Below, in pieces: positions 26,915-37,690 of a stretch of DNA of 64,000 nucleotides. The DNA is from Octopus sinensis (lineage: Eukaryota), in contig NC_043000.1 of assembly GCF_006345805.1 (NCBI RefSeq), positions 99,448,001 to 99,512,000 on the forward strand, given 5' to 3'. The translations under genes were made by a program, and so were the position numbers. The notes beneath the pieces are model-generated. The model ran no database searches. It saw nothing but the letters and a program-made list of their open reading frames with translations, and was not told the DNA's origin. The number at the start of each line of letters is the position of its first letter. The first letter of the stretch is position 1.

Positions 26915-27045
26915 ATTGTTTCAAATTTTGGCACAAGGCCAGGAGGTTCGATAGAAGGGGCAAGTCGATTATATCGACCCCAGCGTTCAACTGGTACTTA
27001 TTTTATCTACGCTGTAAGGATGAAAGGCAAAATCGACCTCGGCAA
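26915..27045 (-). mobile_element. Family A SINE 3' fragment
   Basis: Core and tail match. Confidence 0.75.
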
Positions 27046-27409
27046 ATAATTCTTGTTGATGTTAAGCTCTTGGTTAGCCTTCACTGTGTGGACCTATGAT
27101 AAGATGTATTGAAGCTGTGATTTTTTAAAGATTCCTAGGAATACCTTATCTAATGTCTTTCTTCTCACCATTTTTTAATCAGTGGAGGTGTGATTTTGAC
27201 GGCTTTTTTGCAGTGTTGCAGTAAAGTTCTCGAATGAGTATAAAAATACGAAGTGAGAAATTTCTCAAATTTCTTTCTTGGCTCCAACTCCGTAAAATGT
27301 AAAAAGAATTTTTTTTGTTTGATCGATGAAACTCGGAGTACATAATGTTATGAATTATAGCATGTAAATACTGGATTAAAAATGCTTTGGGTGGAATAAA
27401 CTGAAGACT

Positions 27410-27478
27410 GGCCATGGGCTAGAATCCACATTTCCTGTAAAAATGACCGATGTTTTACCACTGGACCAAAGCAATCCT
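27410..27478 (-). pseudogene. tRNA-Val(UAC)-like head of dispersed repeat family F
   Basis: rc gattgctttggtccagtggtaaaac...ttttacag...gtggattctagc; homologous to 59533-59603. Confidence 0.5.
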
Positions 27479-28228
27479 TCAAATTTCTTTCTCAATTGTA
27501 CTTTTACGCGTTATTGTTTTAGCTTTATCTGTTCCTATCCTTACTAGTTGACATTTCTGTCTTCAATAAATTCTTCATCCCCATATCAATGACTGTATCA
27601 TATATCATCTTGCGCATTCTTCATGTTACAAGAAACAAGCAAGCATGGCTTCTTGAGTTACCGTCTTTGGTCAGTTCCTCCTCGTATGAATACTTTCCTT
27701 CAATAGATTATTCAACACCGCATCCAGAGGTTGAAGAAAAGATGCGAGGCCGCCTAACCGTCGCAGCTTGGTTTGTGTTTTTGATGGCCTGGCCCTCTTT
27801 TCGTTTGCATAGGTTTAATCTCATTTTAGGAGTGATTTTTCTTCCTTTGGATTTCTGTTTCTATACTTAGTTTAGCTATAATATAATCCCATCTTCGTTT
27901 ATGTTGCCTTTGGGATGAGGTTGAACTAAAATTCCTTGTGACTTTTTCTCTCTTATTTAGTAATCCTTTCTCAGAAATATCGCTATTGGCTTAAGCTTAG
28001 TTCCCAACACACATCTGCCATAAATAGAAAAACACAGGTTAAGTTGTGTTTTAATTTGGTTGATGTTTTCTATTATTAGTTTCTATCAATGTTTTTTTTG
28101 CTCTATCAGTTCCAGTGAGTTCATTTTTATTGGTTTCAGTTTTCCCTTTCCCTGCGTATATAAGTGTATGTATATATGTACGTATACACGTGTATGTGTA
28201 TACACTTACATAAAACATATGTTTATAT

Positions 28229-28267
<39 letters not shown>

Positions 28268-28357
28268 ATGCACATATATTATCTCTCCCATAATATATGT
28301 ATGTATGTATATCGAGGTCAATATATATTTGACTCTCTGACTCTAATATATATATAT

Positions 28358-28397
<40 letters not shown>

Positions 28398-28408
<11 letters not shown>

Positions 28409-28810
28409 ATATAAGAAAAATGCAAAAATACATTGTGAAGGATATATCGTAAACAATTCCAAATTATTTACCAATATATCAGTAGCCAGAACATGCAATC
28501 AAAAAATTTATTTTCATAAAACAAGAGTAAATAATTGTGAATAAATCACTATTATAACGGAGAGGGTTGAAAAAAATCTTTACATGTCTACAAATAGCAG
28601 TTAAAACCACTATAAAGCCACTATAACCACTCATTATATCACTTCAGCAAGTAAAAGCTGTCAACGGATGACATGACATAAAATTCAAAATTTAAATAAA
28701 AATAAAAGGTTAGTCCTTTATTGCAATTTCGAAGTTAGGAACCAAAAAAGCTCCACTCTTCTCGTCGGGAAAACATTCCTGTAAATACGAATTAACACAA
28801 ACACACAAAG

Positions 28811-28842
<32 letters not shown>

Positions 28843-29150
28843 ACTATATAACTTGGGGCTTAATATGTGTCCCGACCGGCAAGAATAATGTGTCAACCTC
28901 TATCTCCTCATTCAAATTCTGAATTTTAACTTCATGCGCAGCGTTTATAAGAAAAGACCAGTAAAACGAACCACGGTGGAAAAACTGGATATGATTGAAG
29001 ATTAAATAATAAAAGAGGAATGCAAAAATACATTGCGAAGGATAGATTCGTAAACCAAAATTATTTACGAATATATCAGTGGCCAGAACATGCCATCAAA
29101 AAATTTATTTTCGTAAAAGAAGAGTATATAATTGTGAATAAATCATTATA
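28398..29150 (+). repeat. ~140-bp direct repeats (28398-28550, 29018-29150) next to (TA)n
   Basis: aatgcaaaaatacattg(t/c)gaagga...aattgtgaataaatca occurs twice. Confidence 0.8.
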
Positions 29151-29159
29151 TAATTAGCC

Positions 29160-29480
29160 AGCTCTCTTTATCTCAAGCGTTCGGCCTACGAAGATTATTC
29201 AGCTCTTTGTGTGTTCTGCTGTAGTCATACAATCAACCGCGCTCCTGTTTCCAGTAAATTCTTTGATGTCATCAGTTCACAAGCGCCTATAGCTGCCTTT
29301 CACTTTGTTCCCCACAGCTCTTCTTGGCAGTATGGCCTAGGGTAGTGACACGTAGCGGATTGTACATCAAAAATATGTTAGATTTGTGGACTTCTCTCCC
29401 GCAATACTTGACTTTGAACTAATAGTTTTTCTAGTACTGCAGCATTTGTTACAGTTTTTCCAGCTGAATCTCTCCAATTT
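29160..29480 (-). mobile_element. RTE-like LINE 3' fragment
   Basis: rc LTYF*CTIRYVSL..AIL..RRL*TDDIKEFTG resembles the RTE C-terminus LxYFGHIxR..RRWTDDIKEWTG. Confidence 0.55.
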
Positions 29481-29562
29481 ACGAAAGATTCACATCTCAA
29501 AAGTTTTTATCTAGTTTCTATAAGAAAGAATGAAAAAGTTCTTCACCTGAAAAGATATATAT

Positions 29563-29607
<45 letters not shown>

Positions 29608-29737
29608 AAATTTACTTGTATTGATACACACACTGATACATACATGCATGTAGGTATATACGCGCGCGTGCACATATGTGTGTGTGTGTGTCTGTCGTAA
29701 TCACTATTTCTTTTTCTTCTACTCAAGGCACAAGTCC

Positions 29738-31362
29738 CGAAATTTGGGGTGAGGGGGGCCAGTCGATTAGATCGACCCCAGTACACAACTGCTAATTAAT
29801 TTATCGACCCCGGAAGGATGAAAGGGAAAGTCGACCTCGGCGGAATTTGAACTCAGAACGTAGCGGCAGACAAAATACTGCTAAGCATTTCGCCCGGCGT
29901 TCTGACATTTCTGCCAGCTCACCGCCTTAATGTCGTAATCACTATAGAAAGAGTAAATACGTAAATAGATGCTAATGTTAAAGAAATCAAAAAGTGGCGT
30001 GCTGGCAGAATCGTTACCGCACCGAAAAAATTGCTTAGCAGTATTTCTTCTGACTTTACGTTCTGAGTTCAAATGCCGCTGGGGTCGACTTTGCCATTGA
30101 TCCTTTCGAGGTCGATAAAATACGTACCATTTGAACACTGGTATCAATGTAATCGACTTGCACCCTTCTCCGAAATTGCTAGCCTTGTGTCAAAATCTGA
30201 AACTAATTAAATAAATCATGGATTTTGATTTATCTCCTGTTCAGATCTGAATTTTAAATAACGTTGATGTAAATTTCATTATAAAACAAAACTGGAGCGC
30301 TACAAGCGTGTAAAATTCAATTATTTCCAATGGAAATTACTGCTACTTGATAGATTGAATGATATTTGCTAAGAAAAAAACAGTTCAAGATGGCTTTCAT
30401 CGAACAAAACGTTTATTGTTCGCCTCGACTCTGTACATCTTTCCAAATACGACAAGGTTTTGTCAGAGGCAGGAGGCCAGTACTTGTGACCCATTTACAA
30501 AAGTTCGGAGAATGGTAGGGAGTAAAGAAAGAAGGATCTAGGGCCCATGGATTATAATCATACCAAAGATGTTTTCCGAATTATTGCAACGGAGTGAACT
30601 CCACTAAAGATAACCGAAGCCCGGGGATAGTATTAAATCGGATGACGGTTTAGATCTGAGACCCCATCCCATTCAACTGGCTTCTTACACAGTCTCGACT
30701 ACTCAATTTTTCTCACAAGGTTTGGAACGATTCGTTACTATGACAAATGTCACTGGACCAAGCTATCGCGCAGTGGAATCGGAACTCGGAGCTATGTGGT
30801 TGTGAAACGAACTTATTTATTGCATCACCATGTCTGCATCCGTAGAATGCATAATATCAAATGTTTCGTTTAGTTATTTATTTTTTCCTCATTCTTTCAA
30901 CGGATAAGAGAAATGAAGAAAAATAGTCTATGGTTCCAGACCCCCAATAATGACCAGTGCTGGTATTCGATCTTCGGAAAATAAGATGAGCTTATGTGTC
31001 CCAAGGGGAGGTTGATACTTCTACGAAACTAGAAATGGGTTGAAAAGACTGTCATTAAAATGTTGAACTGGACATTATTTATACCCACATGTTTTATGGT
31101 ACAGAGACTGACTCAACTTCAGTATATTTCTTTTCAAAGTTTGTGAAATATTGGTTTCAAAGTTTGGCACAAAGCCAACAGTTTTAGGGTAGAAAGATAA
31201 GTCGATTACATCGATCCCAGTGTTCAACAGGTATTTATTTTATCGAGCCCGAAAGGAAGACAGGCAAAATAGACCTCAGCGGAATTTGAACTCAGAACGT
31301 AAAGACAGACGTAATGTTGCTGAGCATTTTGTCCGGCATTCTAACGATTCTGCCAGCTCCTC
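29738..31362. mobile_element. Family A SINEs at 29738-29927 (-), 29995-30205 (+) and 31160-31362 (-); degenerate family B head at 30690-30830 (-)
   Basis: Head and core matches. Confidence 0.78.
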
Positions 31363-32519
31363 GCCTTATCATTTGTGGAATATTACGTGGTGAGATGTGG
31401 CTGCCTTTTGTTGTGTATGTGTGTGTTGAGAGAGCGAGAGAGAGAGAGAGAGAGAGGGGCGAGAAGTAATTAATACGTCTTAACCAATAATTTTTTTTTT
31501 TTGGTGGGTGGGGGTTGTGGCCAAGAAAACCTCTCTCCTGCATCGATGTATGTAGTATTTTAGGTTATACAGATTCATCATTTCGCGGGTCAAATACAAA
31601 TACCATCTTAGGGCCTAGCGCGAGTAAGACCACCAAAATTACTGCTTTATGAAAGAGATTGAATGGGTGTGATGGATAAATTCATCCATGTAAGAAGTAA
31701 CAAAGCTGTGAAACTGACGCACGTTTGTTTCACTTGTCCAGAGTTACAGACTCCGCAAGCTGTGGATAAATATATCTTTAGTTTATGAGACAAGGGCTAG
31801 GAAGTAACTTCATAATAAATCCAGAGTGGCGGATCTAAGTCAGTCTGAAGTTCGACTCAATACTCTTCAGGTAACTCCTACAACCAAACTGGTGCCAAGT
31901 GTGTTACTCTGTATTCTTTTGGATCAGTCACATCAGCAAGACAGAGAGCAATAGAATAGGTACCAAACTTTAAAAATATATAAATAAATACTGAAGTCGA
32001 TTTGATCGACTAGAACCCTTCAATGTGGTGCCCCAGCATGACCGCAATCCAAGGATTGAAAGAAGTAAAAGAAGATAAGATTTATGTGTGTGCGCGCACG
32101 TATCTCAGATATGTGTGTACGCATATATTTCTTTTATTTGTTTCAGGCATTAGACTGCGCCCATGCTGGGGCACCGCCTTGAATTTTAGTCGAATGAATC
32201 GACCCCTATACTTATTTTAAAATTCTGGTGACAAGTTTTTTAATATTTGTTACTGCAGCTATTTTATTTTGATAATCTGACGTGTTCAACCAATGAATTT
32301 TAAAATTGTTTGGGGATCTAATTTTTCTGCTCATAGGCGAAGAGTGGCTGTGTGGTAAGTAGCTTGCTTACGAACTACATGGTTCCAGGTTCAGTCCCAC
32401 TGCGTGGTATCGTGGGCAAGTATCTTCTTCTATAGCCTCGGGCCGACTAAAGCCTTGTGAATGGATTTGGTGGAAGGAAATTGAAAGAAGCCCGTCGTAT
32501 ATATGCATGCATATATATA

Positions 32520-32558
<39 letters not shown>

Positions 32559-32641
32559 GGTCCCGGATTGATTCGGGGTTAACCACAGTAAATAAGGTAC
32601 TCAATACATAGCAGAGTAAAATTAATTTATTATATAGAAGG

Positions 32642-32692
32642 AGCTTCTACAGGACTAGAACTGTTTCATTCAAGAGAAATCTTCAGGAAGCT
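32642..32692 (-). ncRNA. Mirror-image hammerhead ribozyme fold on the minus strand
   Basis: Follows from the perfect palindrome; same sequence as 32689-32739. Confidence 0.72.
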
Positions 32693-32739
32693 TCCTGAAG
32701 ATTTCTCTTGAATGAAACAGTTCTAGTCCTGTAGAAGCT
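32689..32739 (+). ncRNA. Type I hammerhead ribozyme fold
   Basis: Stem I AGCTTC/GAAGCT, core CTGAAGA (32695-32701), stem II TTC-TCTT-GAA closed by U.U, GAAA (32714-32717), stem III ACAG/CTGT, GUA triplet (cut after 32733). Confidence 0.75.
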
Positions 32740-32752
32740 CCTTCTATATAAA

Positions 32753-32786
<34 letters not shown>

Positions 32787-32988
32787 ATATATTTGTGTGT
32801 CTGTGCTTTCCCCCCACCCCCGCTTGACAACCGATGTTGGTGTGTTTACGTCCCCGTAACTTAGCGGTTCGGTAAAAAGAGGTCGATAGAATAAGTACTA
32901 GGCTTACAAAAAATAAGTCCCGGAGTCGATTTGCTCGACTAAAGGCGGTGCTCCAGCATGGCCGCAGTCAGATGACTGAAACAAGTAA

Positions 32989-33147
32989 ATGAGTACTTAT
33001 TCTATCGGCCCCTTTTACCGAACCGCTAACTTACAGGGACGTAACAACACCAACACCGATTCTCAAGCGGTGATGGTGGGGGATAAACCCAGACTTAAAG
33101 ACACAGACACAGATATAAATGCACACACACATATATATGTATGTATG

Positions 33148-33199
<52 letters not shown>

Positions 33200-33437
33200 G
33201 TGTGTGTGTATGTGTGTGTATGTATGTATGTATGTATGTTGTATGTATGTATGTATGTATGTATGTATGTATGTATGTATACGATGGATTTCTTTCGGTT
33301 TCTGTGTACCAAATCTACTCACAAGGCAATGGTCGGCCGGAGGCTATAGTAGAAGACACTTTCCTAAAGTGCCACGCTGTGGGACTGAACCCGAAACCAT
33401 TTGGTTGGGAAGCAAGTTTCTCATTCAGCCACGCCTA
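32989..33437 (-). mobile_element. Family B SINE with expanded internal (TA)/(TATG) tract, tail-to-tail with the previous copy
   Basis: Core, microsatellite and head recognisable. Confidence 0.85.
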
Positions 33438-33573
33438 ATATGCATATACCATCCGCATCGTCAGCATCAGCAGTCCTTCGAATGACTATCCACAGTGGAC
33501 TCACCATGTTACTTTGTAGGCCAATAGCGAGATCCACAAGTCTTGTCACAAGACCGGGGAAATTTAATCTCAC

Positions 33574-33631
33574 GGGCAAAGAGAGGAGGGCACTCTGTGT
33601 TGGTCACTTTGCATTGCTTTCTGCGTGACAT
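33574..33631 (-). CDS. Candidate first coding exon MSRRKQCKVTNTECPPLFA(+1 nt) of a NuRD-recruiting zinc-finger transcription factor (SALL/FOG/BCL11/ZNF423-like class, member not identifiable)
   Basis: ATG TCA CGC AGA AAG CAA TGC AAA; 58 nt, then GTGAGA donor (phase 1); unique sequence downstream of a promoter-like region. Against: lacks the usual Pro9, weak Kozak context. Confidence 0.45.
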
Positions 33632-33989
33632 TAATTTAAAGATAACACGATACAACACACAAACAATACGTGCACACATTTATTTTTATATATTACTCTA
33701 AAATCATGTGTACAGATTGTGTGAAATTGCGTTAATGTGGTCGTGCGTACTGCTACTGTGCTTATTCATGCGTTTGCACATCTATGTGTGAAATTCGAAA
33801 TGCATGTATATGCATCTATTCGTGTGCTTGTGAGCGAGCGAGTAAGCGTGCATGTACGTTCGGTACACATGTATATATATTAAACAGTACTGCGTATTTG
33901 TATTAAGCTATAGTAGCCTTCTTTTTTGTTTCTGTCTTAATCTGGTATTTAATTTACATCTTTTGGTCGCTACTACCACTGACTCGGCA

Positions 33990-34400
33990 ACCGTCACCGT
34001 CAAGGTGGTGGTGGTAGTAGTAGTAGTAGTGGTAAGTAGCGGCGGTATATTACTCGCGCCGTCTGTCCGCCTGCCTGGCTGTCTGCCTGTCTGCCTGCTC
34101 TCCGCCGCTGTCCCTGCCGCCGCCGCCGCCGCCGCCGTCCCTGCCGTCCCTGCCGCCGCCGCTGCCGCTGCCGTCCCTGCCGCCGCCACGGTTCGTTGTT
34201 GTTTTCTTGGTGTTTCGTTCCGTTCGGTGTTACATGTACTTTTAGTGGCAAAGATAGCGGTGCGCAGGCGCGCTCGTACTGACACTGTTTAAGACAAGCA
34301 CTGCCGCCGCTTGCCTGACTGACTGACTGAGTGACTGAGTGACTGGTTGGCTGGTCGGTTAGGGGGTAGCTGGGTGAGCTGGGTGGCTTGAAAATGCTGT
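33990..34400 (-). promoter_or_regulatory. GC-rich promoter / 5'UTR-like island
   Basis: (GCC)n and four gtccctgcc units, CpG-rich in an AT-rich window; NRF1-like TGCGCAGGCGCG at 34261-34272. Confidence 0.5.
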
Positions 34401-35338
34401 GCTTTGGCGGATGTTTCTTTACCTATGTAAAGCGTGTATTTGTATGTATATGCACGCGCGTGTGAGTCTCTGTGTGTGTGGTGTGTGTGTGTGTATATAT
34501 ATATATGTGTGTGTGTGTGTACTTTGCTTGCTTTCTATGTCTGAGGGTAGTGTAATATGCGTGTGTGTGTGAGTATGTGCGTAAGTTCATTCTTTTCTTC
34601 TTTCTGTCTTCCATGTTGCATTTGAAAATGTCTCTGTTTGTGTCCTGCTCTCTTTCTTTCTTTCTTTCTTTCTTCTCTCGCGCTGTATCTGAAACTGTGT
34701 GTCTCCCTCTCTCTATGTATCTGTCTGTTTTCTCTCTCTCTCTTACCCCTCTCTCTTTATACTTATTTAGAAACGGGTCTGTGTGTATCTCTCTCTCTCG
34801 CTCTCACTATGTATTTGAAAGCAAGTGTTGTACGTATCTCTGTGTCCCTCTCTCACTGTTTAACCCGAAGGCGTGTAGATGTGTGTGAGAGAGTGTAATA
34901 TGCTTGTGTTTGTAACGTTCGTTTTACTCTTAGTTTCAACATTAAGCTGGCTAGCTTGGTTGGCGGGGTACGTTATGTATTTACGGCTGTTTGCTTGTAT
35001 GTATGTATGTATACGCGCGCGGATGTCTGTGTATTTGACATGTTAATACACGATTGGATGCTTATGCATGTACAAATGTGTGACAAGGGCAATCGTATAT
35101 ATTTATTGGGAATCAATTGGTAATTCACTCTTGTATTACGCAGAGTAAAACTTAAGGTATACATGTGGTCAGTCACAATATATGGTGAATAAAGCCCTCT
35201 TGTTATATACTCTTTACTCTTTACTCTTTTACTTGTTTCAGTCATTTGACTGTGGCCATACTGGAGCACCACCTTTTAGTCGAGCACTCGACCCCGGGAC
35301 TTATTCTTTTGTAAGCCCAGTACTTATTCTATCGGTGT

Positions 35339-35389
<51 letters not shown>

Positions 35390-35400
35390 TATATATATAT

Positions 35401-35566
35401 GTAGGTCCCGGGTTGATTCGGGGTTAACCACAGTAAATAAGGTACTCAATACATAGCAGAGTAAAATTAATTTATTATATAGAAGGAGCTTCTACAGGAC
35501 TAGAACTGTTTCATTCCTGAAGATTTCTCTTGAATGAAACAGTTCTAGTCCTGTAGAAGCTCCTTC

Positions 35567-35575
<9 letters not shown>
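35401..35575. mobile_element. Second copy of the hammerhead-bearing palindromic cassette with a 23-bp central deletion
   Basis: Near-identical to 32556-32751; lacks caagagaaatcttcaggaagctt; CTGAAGA at 35517, GAAA at 35536, GTA at 35553. Confidence 0.85.
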
Positions 35576-35616
<41 letters not shown>

Positions 35617-35926
35617 TTTTATTCTTTTACTTGTTTCAGTCATTTGACTGCGGCCATGCTGGAGCACCGCCTTTAATCGAGCAACTCAACCCCCGGGACT
35701 TATTCTTTTTGTTAGCCCAGGTCTCTTTTGCCGAACCGCTAAGCAACGGGGACATAAACACACCAGCATCGGTTGTCAAGCAATGCTAGGGGGACAAACA
35801 CAGACACACAAACACATACACACACATACATATATATATACATATACGACAGGCTTCTTTCAGTTTCCGTCTACCAAATCCTCTCACAAGTTTCGGTCAT
35901 TCAACTGCGGACATGCTGGAGCACGA

Positions 35927-36050
35927 TATTTATTAATATTTAGCAGAAGTGACAGAGTGACTCAAGGTCCGAGAGTTTCGTGCGTTGGCACTTATCAACT
36001 CTCGGATCTTGGACCACTCTGTTACTTCTGCTAAATATCAATAATAAATA
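35927..36050. repeat. Imperfect ~50-bp-arm hairpin element (MITE-like); related arm at 50625-50670
   Basis: atatttagcagaagtgacagagtg...gagagtt / aactctc...cactctgttacttctgctaaatat. Confidence 0.8.
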
Positions 36051-36391
36051 TACATATACTAAGATTTTGAGTTCTATTTTCCTCTTTGCATCAACACACC
36101 TATACACACATACACACACACAATGTTCTATTCTTTTACTGGTTTCGGTCATTTGATTGCGGCCATGCTGGAGCACCGCCTTTTAATCAAAGAAATCGAC
36201 CCCCTGTAAGTCTAGTACTTATTCTATCACTCTTTTTACCGAACCGCTAAGATACGGGGACGTAAGCACACCATCATCGGTTATCAAGCGATGAGATGGG
36301 TGGGTGGAACAAACACAGATACACAAATATACATACATATATATACACATACATACACACATACATACGTACACATACATACATACATACA

Positions 36392-36423
<32 letters not shown>

Positions 36424-36514
36424 GGGAGAGTTCACAAAAAAAAAACAAAAGACGAAGAGAGTGGTGTAGACAACAAACAGATGTATTAGTATAACGCTCG
36501 AGAAGTGAAAAAGT

Positions 36515-36550
36515 CTTTAACGTTTCGAGCCTACGCTCTTCTACAGAAAG
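36515..36550 (-). ncRNA. Minimal hammerhead-like motif (A6 to U variant) in a Penelope-like fragment (~36490-36640)
   Basis: rc CTTT-CTGTAGA-A-GAGC gtag GCTC-GAA-ACGT-T-AAAG. Confidence 0.45.
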
Positions 36551-36646
36551 GAACACAGAAAGAAACAAAGAGAGAAAATAAAGAATGTGTAGTGGGTAGC
36601 GATCTATCATGGCGAATGCCGGACTGAAGGGTGGTATATATATATA

Positions 36647-36682
<36 letters not shown>

Positions 36683-36686
<4 letters not shown>

Positions 36687-37024
36687 TGAGAGATGACCCC
36701 CTTCGGTCAGACACTGACCATGGGTTTGCACCTAGAGAGTTACCCTCTGAGGCACAAGTCTGGGCATGGTTGTTTCATGGAAGACCAGCAGTCGTCCATG
36801 CATACCGGTCTCCCCTCTCCACGTCACCGATGTTGTCCAAGGGAAAGGCAAGGGCCGATACAGCTTGGCACCTGTGACGTCGCAACTCATTCTACAGCTG
36901 AGTGAACTGGAGCAACGTGAAATAAAGTTCTTGCTCAAGAAACAAACGCAGTCCGGTCCGGGATTCGAGCTCACAACTTCACGATCGTAAGCTCGACGCT
37001 CTAACACTGAGCACGCGCCTTCAC
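36683..37024 (-). mobile_element. CORE-like tRNA-SINE, family E head + tail T3
   Basis: rc gtgaaggcgcgtgctcagtgttag, gagctcgaatccc, tttcttgagcaagaactttatttcacgttgctccagttcactcagctg. Confidence 0.82.
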
Positions 37025-37038
37025 ACTATATATATATA

Positions 37039-37141
<103 letters not shown>

Positions 37142-37690
37142 TAATATATATACCACGAGCTTCTTTCCGTTTCCGTTTACCAAATTCACTCACAAGGTTT
37201 AGTCGGCTCAAGGCTATAGTAAAAGACACTTACCCAAGGTGTCACGCAACGGGACTGAACCTGGAACCATGTGGTTGGGAAGCAAGCTTCTTATCACACA
37301 TAGACATACATATAACGGTGAAGGGAAATATAAGCACAGGAAAATAAGTCACGTTATTCAAGTATCAATAAAGGATTAAAAACAATTTTAGGTCAACAAC
37401 AATAACAAAATAATTTGTTGTTACGTGTGTGTTGTATATATACGGTGTGCCTGTGTATGTGTGTGGGGGTGACTTATAAGGAATCACGTTTCAGCCAAAC
37501 GTCTTAAAACATTGAAATATGAAAATGAGGGACAAAAAATAGAAAAAAATAGACGGACCAGTTGTTTATTGAAGTTTTTCCTGGGATTATAATTTTTTTT
37601 TATTTGATTTTTTTCTGCAACTTTTTTTCCGGTTTTTTTTTTTGCGTTTTTTTCTCTGATTTCTTTTTTACCGGGATTTGCCCCACTCTA

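Larger units (their letters stand above)
32556..32751. mobile_element. Penelope-like pseudo-LTR cassette ending in a perfect 122-bp palindrome, inserted in (TA)n
   Basis: 32630-32690 is the exact reverse complement of 32691-32751, centre AAGCTT; near-identical sister at 35401-35575. Confidence 0.75.
32336..32988 (+). mobile_element. Family B SINE whose internal (TA)n hosts a Penelope-like insert
   Basis: Head 32336-32500, insert 32556-32751, 3' half 32770-32988. Confidence 0.9.
35210..36330 (-). mobile_element. Family B SINE pieces (35210-35340, 35613-35890, 36130-36330) with nested inserts
   Basis: Tail and core matches. Confidence 0.85.

Noticed and set aside
32669-32693. TTCAAGAGA (common shRNA vector loop) next to a HindIII site
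   Set aside because: The flanks of TTCAAGAGA are not complementary to each other, and a variant sister copy exists in a genomic context; not vector contamination
33852-34292. Poly-Ala/poly-Thr ORFs on both strands (146 and 125 aa)
   Set aside because: Produced by GCC and TAG/GTG triplet runs, open on both strands, no domain; the minus ORF stops ~280 nt before the MSRRKQ ATG. Treated as promoter/UTR
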